The position numbers and the translations under genes were made by a program. From Nemertoderma westbladi (taxonomy: Eukaryota; Animalia; Xenacoelomorpha): a DNA stretch of 40,089 nucleotides. Location: positions 1 through 40,089 of the forward strand of contig JAUCBJ010001149.1 in the NCBI GenBank assembly GCA_032718475.1, written 5' to 3'. The notes under the pieces were generated by a model. The model did not search any database. It had not been told where the DNA came from and saw nothing but the letters and a program-made list of their open reading frames with translations. This document shows positions 1 to 12,219 of this stretch, piece by piece (positions within the stretch are counted from its first letter, which is position 1; each line of letters begins with the position of its first letter).

Positions 1-152
1 GCACCTTACGGGAGATTTAACTGCATTTTACGAGAGTTATTTGACTGCACCTTACGGGAGATTTAACTGCATTTTTACGAGAGTTATTTGACTGCACCTT
101 ACGGGAGATTTAACTGTATTTTACGAGAGTTATTTGACTGCACCTTACGAGA
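1..152. repeat. 46-47 bp tandem repeat, 3 full copies plus a partial (probably continues beyond the window edge)
   Basis: Unit GCACCTTACGGGAGATTTAACTGCATTTTACGAGAGTTATTTGACT restarts at 1, 47, 94 and 140. Confidence 0.95.
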
Positions 153-2414
153 GAACCGAGACTATACGTCACGCTGTACATATTTACAAGCCACACCTTG
201 CAATGCCCGATGCAATACTTGCATTTTTTGTTCCATTTGATCCATGTAGGTACGCACCACCGAATGATTACAATGTTTATGGAGTAAACCGTCTATAAGT
301 ATCCACCATTGGCTGTTTCGGGGAGCTCACGGGGGGGGGGGGGGGGGGGGGGGTGTGCGAGTGTGTATGCGTTATTACGGGTGGATAGTTCAACACAGTT
401 TACAGAGTGGTGTGATTTGGTTAACTTAGTATTTAGAGTGTATGTGTGTACGTACGTGTGTATGAAAGTTACGTATAACAGTCACACAGCAGTGGGTGAA
501 GCAGAAGATGCCACCCACGAGTGGGGTTCGTCGCTGTGGACGCTCCCATTCACAACTGACGGTACCGAACAAGTAGGTACCACCAATGGGGCCCACCTAC
601 CTTATCACAGGTACGTGCGCACATTGGGGGTGGCCCGATACGGACGGCCACAACAATTTGAGGTTGTTTGGAATGAGATAGCACCGTGTGCAGTGATTGC
701 GACAGGAATGAGAATGTAAGTTGGAAGTTAACGAATGACACAGAGTAGCTGGTTGGAGCGCAGCTGGGCGGATGGGTAGCACCCTGGGTTGGCCAGGATG
801 CAGGGGGTCGATCCCACATTTGGGGGCTCGCCGTGCCATAGAGCCGGACCTGGAGAAAGTAACCGATAGCGCGTTCGGAGAGATTATAAATATTTAAATG
901 GGTGCCCAAAGGATCGTAAAAAACGTCAGAGAGCGTAGCGATGTGGTGTCCATGGGTGTGCCCATCACCAATAAGTGGTGCAGGGGTCACCCAAAGTACA
1001 TACGAGTGAATGAGTGTGTGTGCGTGGCACAACGAACAAATGTGTTTTTTAATTAATTTATTTACATTATTTCGTATCATGAATCCTTTATGGTGTGATA
1101 CCATTGCCTATATCCGAGAGTGGATGGCACTGAACAGCGCGTTACGGGGCTTAAACCGTTTCACGATATCAACACCCAGATGGGTGTTGATGTCAATCGT
1201 CTGTAGGGTCAGCGGAAACTCGTCTAGTGTGCTGACTCACGGCGAATTGGTAAAGGGACTATCAACTCCCGTTTTTTAAAACCATACTCCGGGTCAACAG
1301 TACCCACCATTATTTTATCAATTTTCTACCACAATTTTTTTTTACCGACAACCGACGGATTGTTTAGGAGTCGCCTACCTTTCCCGACGTTCACAGGGTG
1401 TCTACTGGCTCGTGCCTTTAGATATGGGAGTGTAAATCATTTACACTCCCAAGGGGGAGTGTGTCCGACAACCGGAACCTTACCCTTCCCAAACCCACAC
1501 ATAGATTATACGAGTACCACGGGTTTCCCACCCAAGCCTAATGTTTGTACTGTAGGGGTAATTACTGTAGCGTTTGTACTGTAGGTGTAGGTAGGACTAC
1601 GGACTGGCTAGTTACAGGGCACACGGGGGGGGGGGGGGGGGGGGGGTTGGGCTGCAGTGATTTCCAGGAATGTTAGTAGTAGGTTACTACGTACGCCTTC
1701 CACCAAGTCAACTCTCAAGGTACCAATACAGACATGGGACTAGGTGGATTACAAACGAGGTATACAAGAGCACGTGATTGGGGATAGGTTGGCCGCCAGG
1801 CCACACCTGTAGCAAGACAGAGGTAGCAGGGAGATGGGATATTAGCTTTACCAGAGATAGGAATGTACAATTAGGCGGTCAATATGTACTACATTATGTA
1901 GTACGTATTTATTGTTATATTGGGGGGGGTTTCAGTAGGTTTTAGTTTTAGGTAGTAGGATTATGTACTTAATTAGGGTTTTGCTACGTACGGGTGCCAG
2001 GCTGGGGTCTTAAACCCCAGTCTGGCTCATTACTAGGGAATATTCATCCGCGCTACCGGGGTACATTAGACACAGATTAGCAATATTGGTTCAGTTGGTT
2101 TGGTGACAAGAGTGGAAGGTGATATCGTTGTTTTATGGCACAGTTCTTTAGTAGTACAGATTTCTTATTCATTTTACGTATTCACTTATATTATTTTATC
2201 TTTTGTAAATGCATCTGATTTATTGTTTGTTATCTGTTTATATTCTGTCTATATTCTGTATTACTATGGTGCTGTGTAGGGATCGGCCTGCACAGACACC
2301 ACACTGGAGCGTTTAGTTATCAGTTTCCTTTCCACCGGACGGGCGGGTTACCTGATTTGGGCGGTTCAGTGGGGAACTCATCATTACGTGATATTTACGC
2401 CACTACACCAACCC

Positions 2415-2860
2415 ACGAACTTCTAAATTAATACGAAGTGTACGAACTTCTAAATTAATACGAAGTGTACGAACTTCTAAATTAATACGAAGTGTACGAA
2501 CTTCTAAATTAATACGAAGTGTACGAACTTCTAAATTAATACGAAGTGTACGAACTCCTAAATAAATACGAAGTGTACGAACTTCTAAATTAATACGAAG
2601 TGTACGAACTCCTAATACGAACTTCTAAATAAATACGAAGTGTACGAACTCCTAAATAAATACGAAGTGTACGAACTTCTAAATTAATACGAAGTGTACG
2701 AACTCCTAAATAAATACGAAGTGTACAAACTTCTAAATTAATACGAAGTGTACGAACTCCTAAATAAATACGAAGTGTACGAACTTCTAAATTAATACGA
2801 AGTGTACGAACTTCTAAATTAATACGAAGTGTACGAACTCCTAATACGAACTTCTAAATT
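2415..2860. repeat. 27-bp minisatellite, about 16 copies
   Basis: Unit ACGAACTTCTAAATTAATACGAAGTGT head-to-tail, interspersed with the variant ACGAACTCCTAAATAAATACGAAGTGT; no spacers. Confidence 0.95.
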
Positions 2861-3567
2861 AAAAGCATTTCGATCTCCCTGTAACCTAAATTCGACATCC
2901 AACTACTCGTAACGATTGCGGCCCAACTTCCTTCTCATGTCGCTTATTTTATCTTATTCAATTTGCTTTGCATTAAAGTAGGTAATTCTGTTTAGATCTG
3001 GTTCTGATTGGTTTGTGTATCTTTAGAACCTATGCTGTATTGATTGGCCGTAAACTCTTAAACATTTTATACTGTAGGTATAATTACTGTTCATTACGTA
3101 TGTATGTATGTATTGCCAGTCTGAATAAAAAAAAAGATAACAGAAGCATAGATACCGGTAGCATAGAAACTAAAATTGCAAATTTGCGCGGACATTAAAA
3201 GTCAAAATAAACGGACATAATGAGTAATTTAAACGGACAAGAAAAATTATTCTGTTTACTTTCTGCAAGGCGAACTCCAAAACGGAACTCAATATCCAAT
3301 ATTGGTTTATGTAGTTAAGTACCACGTTATGTAGTAATAAATATTCGAGAACACTAAATTATTTAACATTGAGTAAGGCGGCATCAGGAGTTGAAGGATA
3401 CAATAATTTGAATCTCAGTAACTATGGAAGCAATTTAGTGAAATTTAAAATTCGGCTACAATTATTACAGTTCAATTTAATTTGTATCTCTCTCTATATC
3501 GTTCTATCTTTAGACTTGAGCAACAAAAAAGTACCAATTTAAGAATAAAATTACAGTATGTATTACA

Positions 3568-6500
3568 AAAAGGACCCCTACAGTCGGCAACAGGGCTGTA
3601 GGCCATGGATAGGCGGAAGGTAATCAACCAACGTCTAGACATGCTGACAAGGTCGGCGGAAGGTAATCATCCAACGGCGACCTACTGCGAAGACGCTTGT
3701 AGGAGTTGCGACCACAAGCGGTTTACTCTCGCAACTGAAAGATATGAGCATGAGAACCCTCCAGGAGAAATACCGGCTCGGTCGTCGCCCGGGTCAACAA
3801 GGACCGCGTCCCTCAGTGGTACACCAGGCTGGGGTCGATAAATCGGCTACTGGAACAGAAGACAGAGAAGAAAGAACAACCAACCTGCTGAAATGTAAAA
3901 AGACACTAAAAATTGCTACAATGAACGCACGCACGCTGAAAGCACATACCAAACAGGGTGACATGGTCGCCCTAACAATGGAATATAACATCGACATCAT
4001 CTGCATCCAAGAACATCGGATTTGTCATGAAGACACTGCCATGAAGTACAATGACATTGGAAATTGATGGACGTTAGTAACAAGCTCAGCAGTAAGAAAC
4101 TCGGCCAATGCATCAATTGGAGGAGTAGGAATTCTGCTAAGTCCATTTGCACTTAAGACCCTAAACAACATTGAATCTATAAATTCCAGGGTTATGATCG
4201 CAACATTTGAGGGGAATCCCAAGACAACAGTAATATGTTGCTACAGTCCAACCAATGCCTCAGAGCCAGAACAAGCAGTCAAGTTTTATGAAGATCTGAC
4301 TGGACTTATAAAGGACATTCCGAAATTGCTGGTGACTAAATGCTCAAATTGGCCCAGAAGATATCAAGGGTTACACATACTGTATAACACCAGTTCTAAT
4401 AGAAATGGGTACTTACTTTTAGACCTAATGGAAGAATGTGAATCGAGACTAACAAACACCACATTCGAAAAGAGTAAGGGGAAGCTATGGACCTTTCAAT
4501 ACCTTAATGGAACCAAAGCACAACTGGATTACATCCTTATAAACAAAAAGTGGAGAAACAGCATGATCAACTGCGAGGCATACAGCTCGTTCAACCTAAT
4601 TAGTTTGGACCACAGAATTGTGACTGCAGAGATCAGACTCAGTTTGAGAACCAGCAAACCAAGGACAAGCAAGCAAATCAACTATGACTGGGAGAAACTC
4701 AGAACTGACAATGCAGTAAAGGATGCTTACACAGTAGAAGTTCAAAACCGCTTTGAAGCACTTCAGTCAATGGATGAAGAGCAGTCCACCGATTCAATAT
4801 ACCAGAATATAATAAAAGCCCACAAGGAATCAGCTAAGAGGCATATCCCCCAGAAACCCAAACGAAAACAGTATGTGCCATGGCAAAACTCTGAGGTTAC
4901 TTGTAAGAGAGAAGATATTAAGATAGCCTACAAAGTATAAACCGAACAACCACCGAAAACATTAACAAGGTTGAGAAAGCTAAGGATGATCTTAAATTGG
5001 TCTACAACATCAGCCAGGAAAAAATCTACAAGTAGAATACAGGATACAAAAAATACAGGATAAAATTTAAGCAATTACAACTGCGCACATACAGCAACAA
5101 TCAAGACTTACCTGGCAAACTGTGAATGAGGTATCTGGTCGGAAAAGTTGTGCAAAGGGGCGCCTCAAAGCCGATAGTCCCGAAGAACGTGTGGGGAAGT
5201 GGAAAAATCACTTCAGCAACTTGCTGGGGCAGCCACCAAACATCGAGGTCAGCCCTACAAGGAAAATATATGACAAGACACTACCTATAGAGACAGGGGA
5301 CTTCACACCTGCTGAACTCCAAAGAAGCATTAAAAGCATGGCCAATAATAAAGCGAGTGGATTATATGAAATTCCAGCGGAGGTATGGAAAACAGGAGTG
5401 CTAAACAGACCATTATTGAATGTTTGCAACCGGATGTTAAAAGGGGAAAAGCCTCCACAAATTTGGACTAAAGGTCAACTAAAGCCTCTCCCCAAGAGAG
5501 GAGACCTCGGTATACCAACAAACTATCGTGGGATCTGTCTGCTTGTGGTAGCTGCCAAAATATACAATAAAATGATTCTATATAGGATTAGGCCTCACAT
5601 AGAGAAACTACTGCGTAAGAGCCAAAACGAATTTCGACCAAGTAGATCAACAATAGCTCAGATACTTGCACTGCGGAGACTGATTGAAGGAATCAAGTCA
5701 AAGAATCTCACCGCAGTCATGACTTTTGTGGACTTCAAAAAGGCATTCGACTCCATCCATAGAGGTAAAATGCTTGAAATCCTAAGAGCTTATGGAATAC
5801 CAGAAGTAATCGTTGCTGGCATTGGATTGTTATATTGTGACACAGAAGCACAGGTACTCTCACCAGATGGTGAAACTGATTTTTCTCAATCCTGGCTGGC
5901 GTACTGCAAGGTGACACATTAGCACCATTACTATTTGTAATTGTACTGGATTACACAATGAGGACGGCCACAAAGGGTGGAGATCTGGGATTCACACTTC
6001 AAGAACGCAGAAATAGTAGATATCCGGCAACTACAGTCACAGACACCGACTTCGCGGATGACATCGCCCTGGTCTCTAATACGCTACCAGATGCACAGCT
6101 TCTACTAAATAACGTGGAGAGGGCTGCTAAGGAGGTTGGATTGCATATAAATGCTACCAAGACCGAATTCATGACTTTTAAAGTTAATGGAAACTTGACA
6201 ACCATTGATAATAATCAACTAAGGAAGGTTGACGACTTCCAGTACCTAGGATCATGGATAGAGTGTAGCAAAAATGACATAGAAGTTAGGAAAGCAAAGG
6301 CTTGGGTAGCTCTATCAAAAATGGATACCATCTGGAAATCAGATCTCCCCAGGCACCTGAAGACTAAGTTCTTTCGAGCCACAGTGGAAAGTGTATTTTT
6401 ATACGGGGGTGAGACCTGGACACTGACTAAATCACTTGAACAACGAATTGATGGTTGCTACACAAGACTACTAAGGGCAGCCCTAAACATCAGCTGGAGA

Positions 6501-6801
6501 CAACACATGAAAAATGCCGAGCTTTATGGTGCAATACCACCTGTATCAACCACCCTCCGTGAACGCAGATTACGATTCAGTGGGCACTGCTGGGGAAGTA
6601 AAGACGAAGACATACCAGATCTACTTTTCTGGCAACCAACTCATGGAAAGCGTAGTCGTGGACGACCGGCCATAACATATATAGATCAACTTGAAAGGGA
6701 TACTGAACTTGGGAGAAACGAAATTGCGACAACTATGGAGAATCGGGAAGCCTGGAAGGATCTCATTTCCACTGTCCGAGTTCGCTCGACTTCGTAGTAT
6801 T
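3568..6801 (+). mobile_element. Full-length RTE-clade non-LTR retrotransposon (inactive)
   Basis: APE + RT coding remnants; very short TAG-type tail after the stop; 13-bp target-site duplication with one mismatch, AGTATGTATTACA (3555-3567) / AGTACGTATTACA (6802-6814). Confidence 0.9.
3744..6797 (+). pseudogene. Disrupted APE endonuclease-reverse transcriptase ORF of the RTE element
   Basis: APE motifs IATMNARTL, ICIQEHR, CYSPTN, QLDYIL, LDHR; RT motifs NYRGICL, FVDFKKAFDSI, GVLQGDTLAP (shifted frame near 5890), DFADDI, FQYLGS; C-terminal RGRP. In-frame stop at 4065-4067 and frameshifts near 4330, 4940-5050 and 5885. Confidence 0.92.
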
Positions 6802-6807
6802 AGTACG

Positions 6808-6941
6808 TATTACATATGGGAAAAAACGTAGAACAATTGTTTCCAATGTTCCCTCGACCCTTTATTAACCTCGCTCGACGCTTGGTAAATAGAATGCCTC
6901 GAGAATAGTGAAAAGAAGTTCTACTTTTTTCCCATGTAATA
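6808..6941. mobile_element. Small inverted-repeat (MITE-like) element; second copy inside the duplication at about 10763-10894
   Basis: TATTACAT(AT)GGGAAAAAACGTAGAAC at the left end is the near reverse complement of GTTCTACTTTTTTCCCATGTAATA at the right end. Confidence 0.6.
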
Positions 6942-7184
6942 ACATTCAGATTATGTGCCCACCCTACCGCCTCAACAATTTTAATACTTATTTGGAATTT
7001 TAATATTTTTTGGAATATGCATGGCGATCTCGTAGAAATCTCGATGGCGCTGTTGGCGCCATCTACTTACTGCCGAATGCCGCCACGGCCGTATGCTATG
7101 GCGCTGGCACCACATTTAGCGCCAAAAAACCCTGCAGGCGGCATAATATGAACATTTCAAACTTCGAATTTGTTTAGTATTAGG

Positions 7185-9307
7185 CGAATTAGGCCTACAG
7201 GCTACAGTGCAGCAGTGTACAGTCTGACAGTCAGTGATATAGGCGATTTTGAACTTATTCCAATTTTGGAACTTAGTGCAGTTGTGCGAGGGTAGATTCC
7301 GAAATCGGAATACACTCCAAAATTTGACTTTTCTTTTCTAATTAAAAAAAATATTTTTAAGTCCTGCAAGGATATTTCCGTAATAAATTCTATAATTTTT
7401 CAATATATGTTTTTTGTGCCTAATTCATTATTCCTACCATGCTTTTGCAGAAATTGATTCATACATTCCAAAATTGGACTTTGTTTGCAGAGATGCTACG
7501 TAATACTAACAACAAGGTACAGGGGTCCGTCGGTAAGGCTATATGGGCATGACTACAGCTGTACACTGTACCCACAGTTGTACGTTAGAAGCACAGCTAG
7601 ACCAAGCAGCAGCTTGGTCTATTGATGACATTCCTGGGCTTCCAATGGTTCGATCCCTAGATGGAACACGGTGCACCGGGGCAGCACTGTTTGAGCACAG
7701 CTGAACAGTGCTTTAAATGCTTCAGCCTAGCCCAACCCTAGCGTTCATCCTTCAGTGGTTGATAAATGGGAACCAAGGCAACTTTGGAAAACAGAATGGA
7801 AGGTTTACTATGGAATATCATCCGTGGCGGTGAACAGGCATTCCTTTTCGTTTCAGCACAAATGCTTTGAAGGGTTTAGCGAGGCATCTCTGCCTTGCAT
7901 CATTAAATGGTAGCTAAATGAGTACTGGAGTTTCTGCCCATGTCAGCATGTGAAGTTTCCCCGGTATTCCCCTTAAACCCGGGGGGGGGGGGGGTCAATA
8001 TAACATCTCCCCCTCTGAAACTAACGCTACTAACTAAAAGACGAACTGAAACTAACTAAAAGGAATTCATATAAAATAAGCTAGAAATTTGAAACTTGTT
8101 TTTAGCGGCGGGTGCCAAATTTTGGTGCCAGCCCCAAATTTTGAAATATGTAAATTTTGTAAATTGATTGTTTGAAGCTGTTTTTTTCCGCAATTGGAGT
8201 TTTAGGCGTTCTGGTCTCGTTGGAATATATACGAATTGCACCAGACATATCAACGTCGTTGTATTTGTCGGTGCTGTGTGCAAAATTTGGTGCCAACAAG
8301 AAATTTTGAAAATTCATTCAATAGTTCAATTGATTGTGACAACTCATATCTTACATTTTATAGGTTTATGGGGGCTCTGAATTCAATGGAATAAAATTTT
8401 ATATAACAACTAGACATCTCAAACTTGTATTTTTGGAAGTATGGGTGCAAAATTTGGTGATAGCACAATATTTTGAAACCCATCAACAATATAAATTGAT
8501 TATGTAATCTTGTTTCTTTAAAATGGAAAGATATCGAAATGATACCATTCGTGGCGTATCCATAGTTATCTTGTTTGTTGCGTTACACGGATTTGTGAGG
8601 GTTCTGAATTCAATGGAGTATGTTAAAATTGCATAATAATTCTGAAACCTCTATTTTTTGGTGGTGTGTGAAAATTGTCAACAACATCGTTTATTGTTTT
8701 GGTTAGAAATCGCCACCACTGTAACCTGCTCTTTTTCTTCAATTGGAAGGTAACAACAGCGTTTATTGATTCCCACTGCATCAGCTGCAACCAGGACAAT
8801 ATGGGGCATGTTAAGTGTTTCCGCCATATTCGGCAGTACTGAGATACCACTTCCTGCCTTCCCTTTAGCGTAACAAACAAACAATAAATATTTGAAATGT
8901 AATATACTAATAATTATCATTATTTAATAATATTAATTATAATTAATATAATTAACAACTATTAATATTATAAATATTAACAAGAAAGATTAGTAAAATA
9001 TTGCAGCAAAGGCAGAAAGGCTGTATTGTTTTTACTAAATGATTAATGTTTCAACACCAACTAAATCTACGAATGTTGTTTACATCTGAAACTATCCATC
9101 TTTGCTGGGACAATCCTGCCATCCTTCATCCTATATCGCATTTTAATATATAATAACATGTCTTTGCTGCATTGGATGCATACCAGTATACCTGTACTGT
9201 TATGTTATATGATGATACTGATACCTAACAGGCTGTCAGGGCAACGTGAAACGTGATCCCCTATTGGCTATTTACCTAACAGACAGTTAGGTAAATATTA
9301 TATCTCT
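7185..9307 (+). repeat. Segment B: 2.1-kb direct duplicate of 33186-35314
   Basis: Near-identical from CGAATTAGGCCTACAG to GTAAATATTATATCTCT, with scattered SNPs and small indels (e.g. AACAACAAG vs AACAACAACAAG). Confidence 0.95.
7605..7800 (+). mobile_element. Degenerate tRNA-derived SINE (copy at about 33610-33805)
   Basis: A-box-like TGGTCTATTG (7615), B box GGTTCGATCC (7647), then GCGTTCATCCTTCAGTGGTTGATAAATGGGAACC, which resembles a conserved metazoan SINE central domain. Boundaries approximate. Confidence 0.5.
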
Positions 9308-9309
9308 GT

Positions 9310-11132
9310 GAGTGGATTATATGAAATTCCAGCGGAGGTATGGAAAACAGGAGTGCTAAACAGACCATTATTGAATGTTTGCAACCGGATGTTAAAAGGG
9401 GAAAAGCCTCCACAAATTTGGACTAAAGGTCAACTAAAGCCTCTCCCCAAGAGAGGAGACCTCGGTATACCAACAAACTATCGTGGGATCTGTCTGCTTG
9501 TGGTAGCTGCCAAAATATACAATAAAATGATTCTATATAGGATTAGGCCTCACATAGAGAAACTACTGCGTAAGAGCCAAAACGAATTTCGACCAAGTAG
9601 ATCAACAATAGCTCAGATACTTGCACTGCGGAGACTGATTGAAGGAATCAAGTCAAAGAATCTCACCGCAGTCATGAGTTTTGTGGACTTCAAAAAGGCA
9701 TTCGACTCCATCCATAGAGGTAAAATGCTTGAAATCCTAAGAGCTTATGGAATACCAGAAGTAATCGTTGCTGGCATTGGATTGTTATATTGTGACACAG
9801 AAGCACAGGTACTCTCACCAGATGGTGAAACTGATTTTTCTCAATCCTGGCTGGCGTACTGCAAGGTGACACATTAGCACCATTACTATTTGTAATTGTA
9901 CTGGATTACACAATGAGGACGGCCACAAAGGGTGGAGATCTGGGATTCACACTTCAAGAACGCAGAAATAGTAGATATCCGGCAACTACAGTCACAGACA
10001 CCGACTTCGCGGATGACATCGCCCTGGTCTCTAATACGCTACCAGATGCACAGCTTCTACTAAATAACGTGGAGAGGGCTGCTAAGGAGGTTGGATTGCA
10101 TATAAATGCTACCAAGACCGAATTCATGACTTTTAAAGTTAATGGAAACTTGACAACCATTGATAATAATCAACTAAGGAAGGTTGACGACTTCCAGTAC
10201 CTAGGATCATGGATAGAGTGTAGCAAAAATGACATAGAAGTTAGGAAAGCAAAGGCTTGGGTAGCTCTATCAAAAATGGATACCATCTGGAAATCAGATC
10301 TCCCCAGGCACCTGAAGACTAAGTTCTTTCGAGCCACAGTGGAAAGTGTATTTTTATACGGGGGTGAGACCTGGACACTGACTAAATCACTTGAACAACG
10401 AATTGATGGTTGCTACACAAGACTACTAAGGGCAGCCCTAAACATCAGCTGGAGACAACACATGAAAAATGCCGAGCTTTATGGTGCAATACCACCTGTA
10501 TCAACCACCCTCCGTGAACGCAGATTACGATTCAGTGGGCACTGCTGGGGAAGTAAAGACGAAGACATACCAGATCTACTTTTCTGGCAACCAACTCATG
10601 GAAAGCGTAGTCGTGGACGACCGGCCATAACATATATAGATCAACTTGAAAGGGATACTGAACTTGGGAGAAACGAAATTGCGACAACTATGGAGAATCG
10701 GGAAGCCTGGAAGGATCTCATTTCCACTGTCCGAGTTCGCTCGACTTCGTAGTATTAGTACGTATTACATGGGAAAAAACGTAGAACAATTGTTTCCAAT
10801 GTTCCCTCGACCCTTTATTAACCTCGCTCGACGCTTGGTAAATAGAATGCCTCGAGAATAGTGAAAAGAAGTTCTACTTTTTTCCCATGTAATAACATTC
10901 AGATTATGTGCCCACCCTACCGCCTCAACAATTTTAATACTTATTTGGAATCTTAATATTTTTTGGAATATGCATGGCGATCTCGGAGAAATCTCGATGG
11001 CGCTGTTGGCGCCATCTACTTACTGCCGAATGCCGCCACGGCCGTATGCTATGGCGCTGGCACCACATTTAGCGCCAAAAAACCCTGCAGGCGGCATAAT
11101 ATGAACATTTCAAACTTCGAATTTGTTTAGTA
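9310..11132 (+). repeat. Segment A': 1.8-kb direct duplicate of 5355-7179 (RTE 3' half plus about 370 bp of flank)
   Basis: Near-identical, including the same RT frameshift and the non-element 3' flank; differs by a few SNPs and a 2-bp indel. Confidence 0.95.
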
Positions 11133-12219
11133 CCCGAGTACCGAAGGGAAAGGTTACTAAATAACGAGGGTTACTGCTCGTTATGTAGGAAATGGGACCG
11201 CGACATCTGTTAGGGGAGTAAAGAAAGGCGTTGGGTAGATACAGAGTGTTAAACCTTGGGAGTTCGAGTGGTACCCTCCAAGAGTAGAATGCATTGAAAA
11301 GGTATAAGAAAAAAAAAGGTAATGGCTGCCTTCCCTTGTAGGGCACTTCTGTGCACTTCTACCAGTAACGATCCGGGTGGATTAAGATGTTGGGGTGTTG
11401 CTTATTTACCTCACAGACACCATCAAGGTGGTTAAAAATGCAAATAAATTACAGAAAGTAAAATACGTTGTGGTTGTGGAAGAAATTTAAGTTAATATTT
11501 ATAATTAAGTCACAGTTTTTATAAATACACTTATAAACTAACAATAAAAGCATAACAATTTAATAATATTGTGGCTACAGGAATAGAGAAATTGAAGCGC
11601 TCACATATGTAGATTTCGCCATAATATCAATATTATTAGTTAGTGTGAGTTAAATAGGTTTCTTTGAACACGAAAAATATATTAAACATAATAGAATCTA
11701 AAAATGCCGTAAGTTAATTAATGTTAAAAACTAAAAAAACCTAACATGTATGTATGTATATGGTGAACCTATTAAAAATATTTATAAATATCTACACTAA
11801 TAACAACAGTTTTCTACTACGTGGAAATTTAACTACAAATATTTCATAGCACGTTATTTTACAATACCTACCACCTCAAATTGGTCTAGAACTTTGATAT
11901 TTTGTTAATAATTTTACCAAAGAGTATTTGTAGTGAAATTGCACCCAACATCAAAAGATCTTGTGATCTGAAAAACAAATTCACTTTCTTGCACTTAAAT
12001 TTATAAAAAAGACTTTGGGGGTAAAATAAGCTCGCTTATTAATACACTAAGTTTATTAAATACATTAGTGGGAGAATGATGCTAAATACTTCAACACAGT
12101 GATAATTTAAGAAATCTAGAGTATATACTTGTAAACAAAAAAGATATGGTTTATTCAGTCGGTGATTAATGAAATATGTAACGAGAGTAGATTAATCAAT
12201 CGAAATTGAAACCAATAGG

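Noticed and set aside
309-1584. Short ORFs on both strands as genes
   Set aside because: No recognisable motifs; several use non-ATG starts or run through poly-G.
2415-2860. CRISPR array (27-bp semi-palindromic repeats); same question for 1-152 and 35400-37230
   Set aside because: Units are head-to-tail with no unique spacers, there are no cas genes, and the context is eukaryotic.
9308-10752. Independent second LINE insertion
   Set aside because: It shares the frameshift and about 370 bp of 3' flank with copy 1 and has no TSD of its own, so it is a DNA-level duplication.
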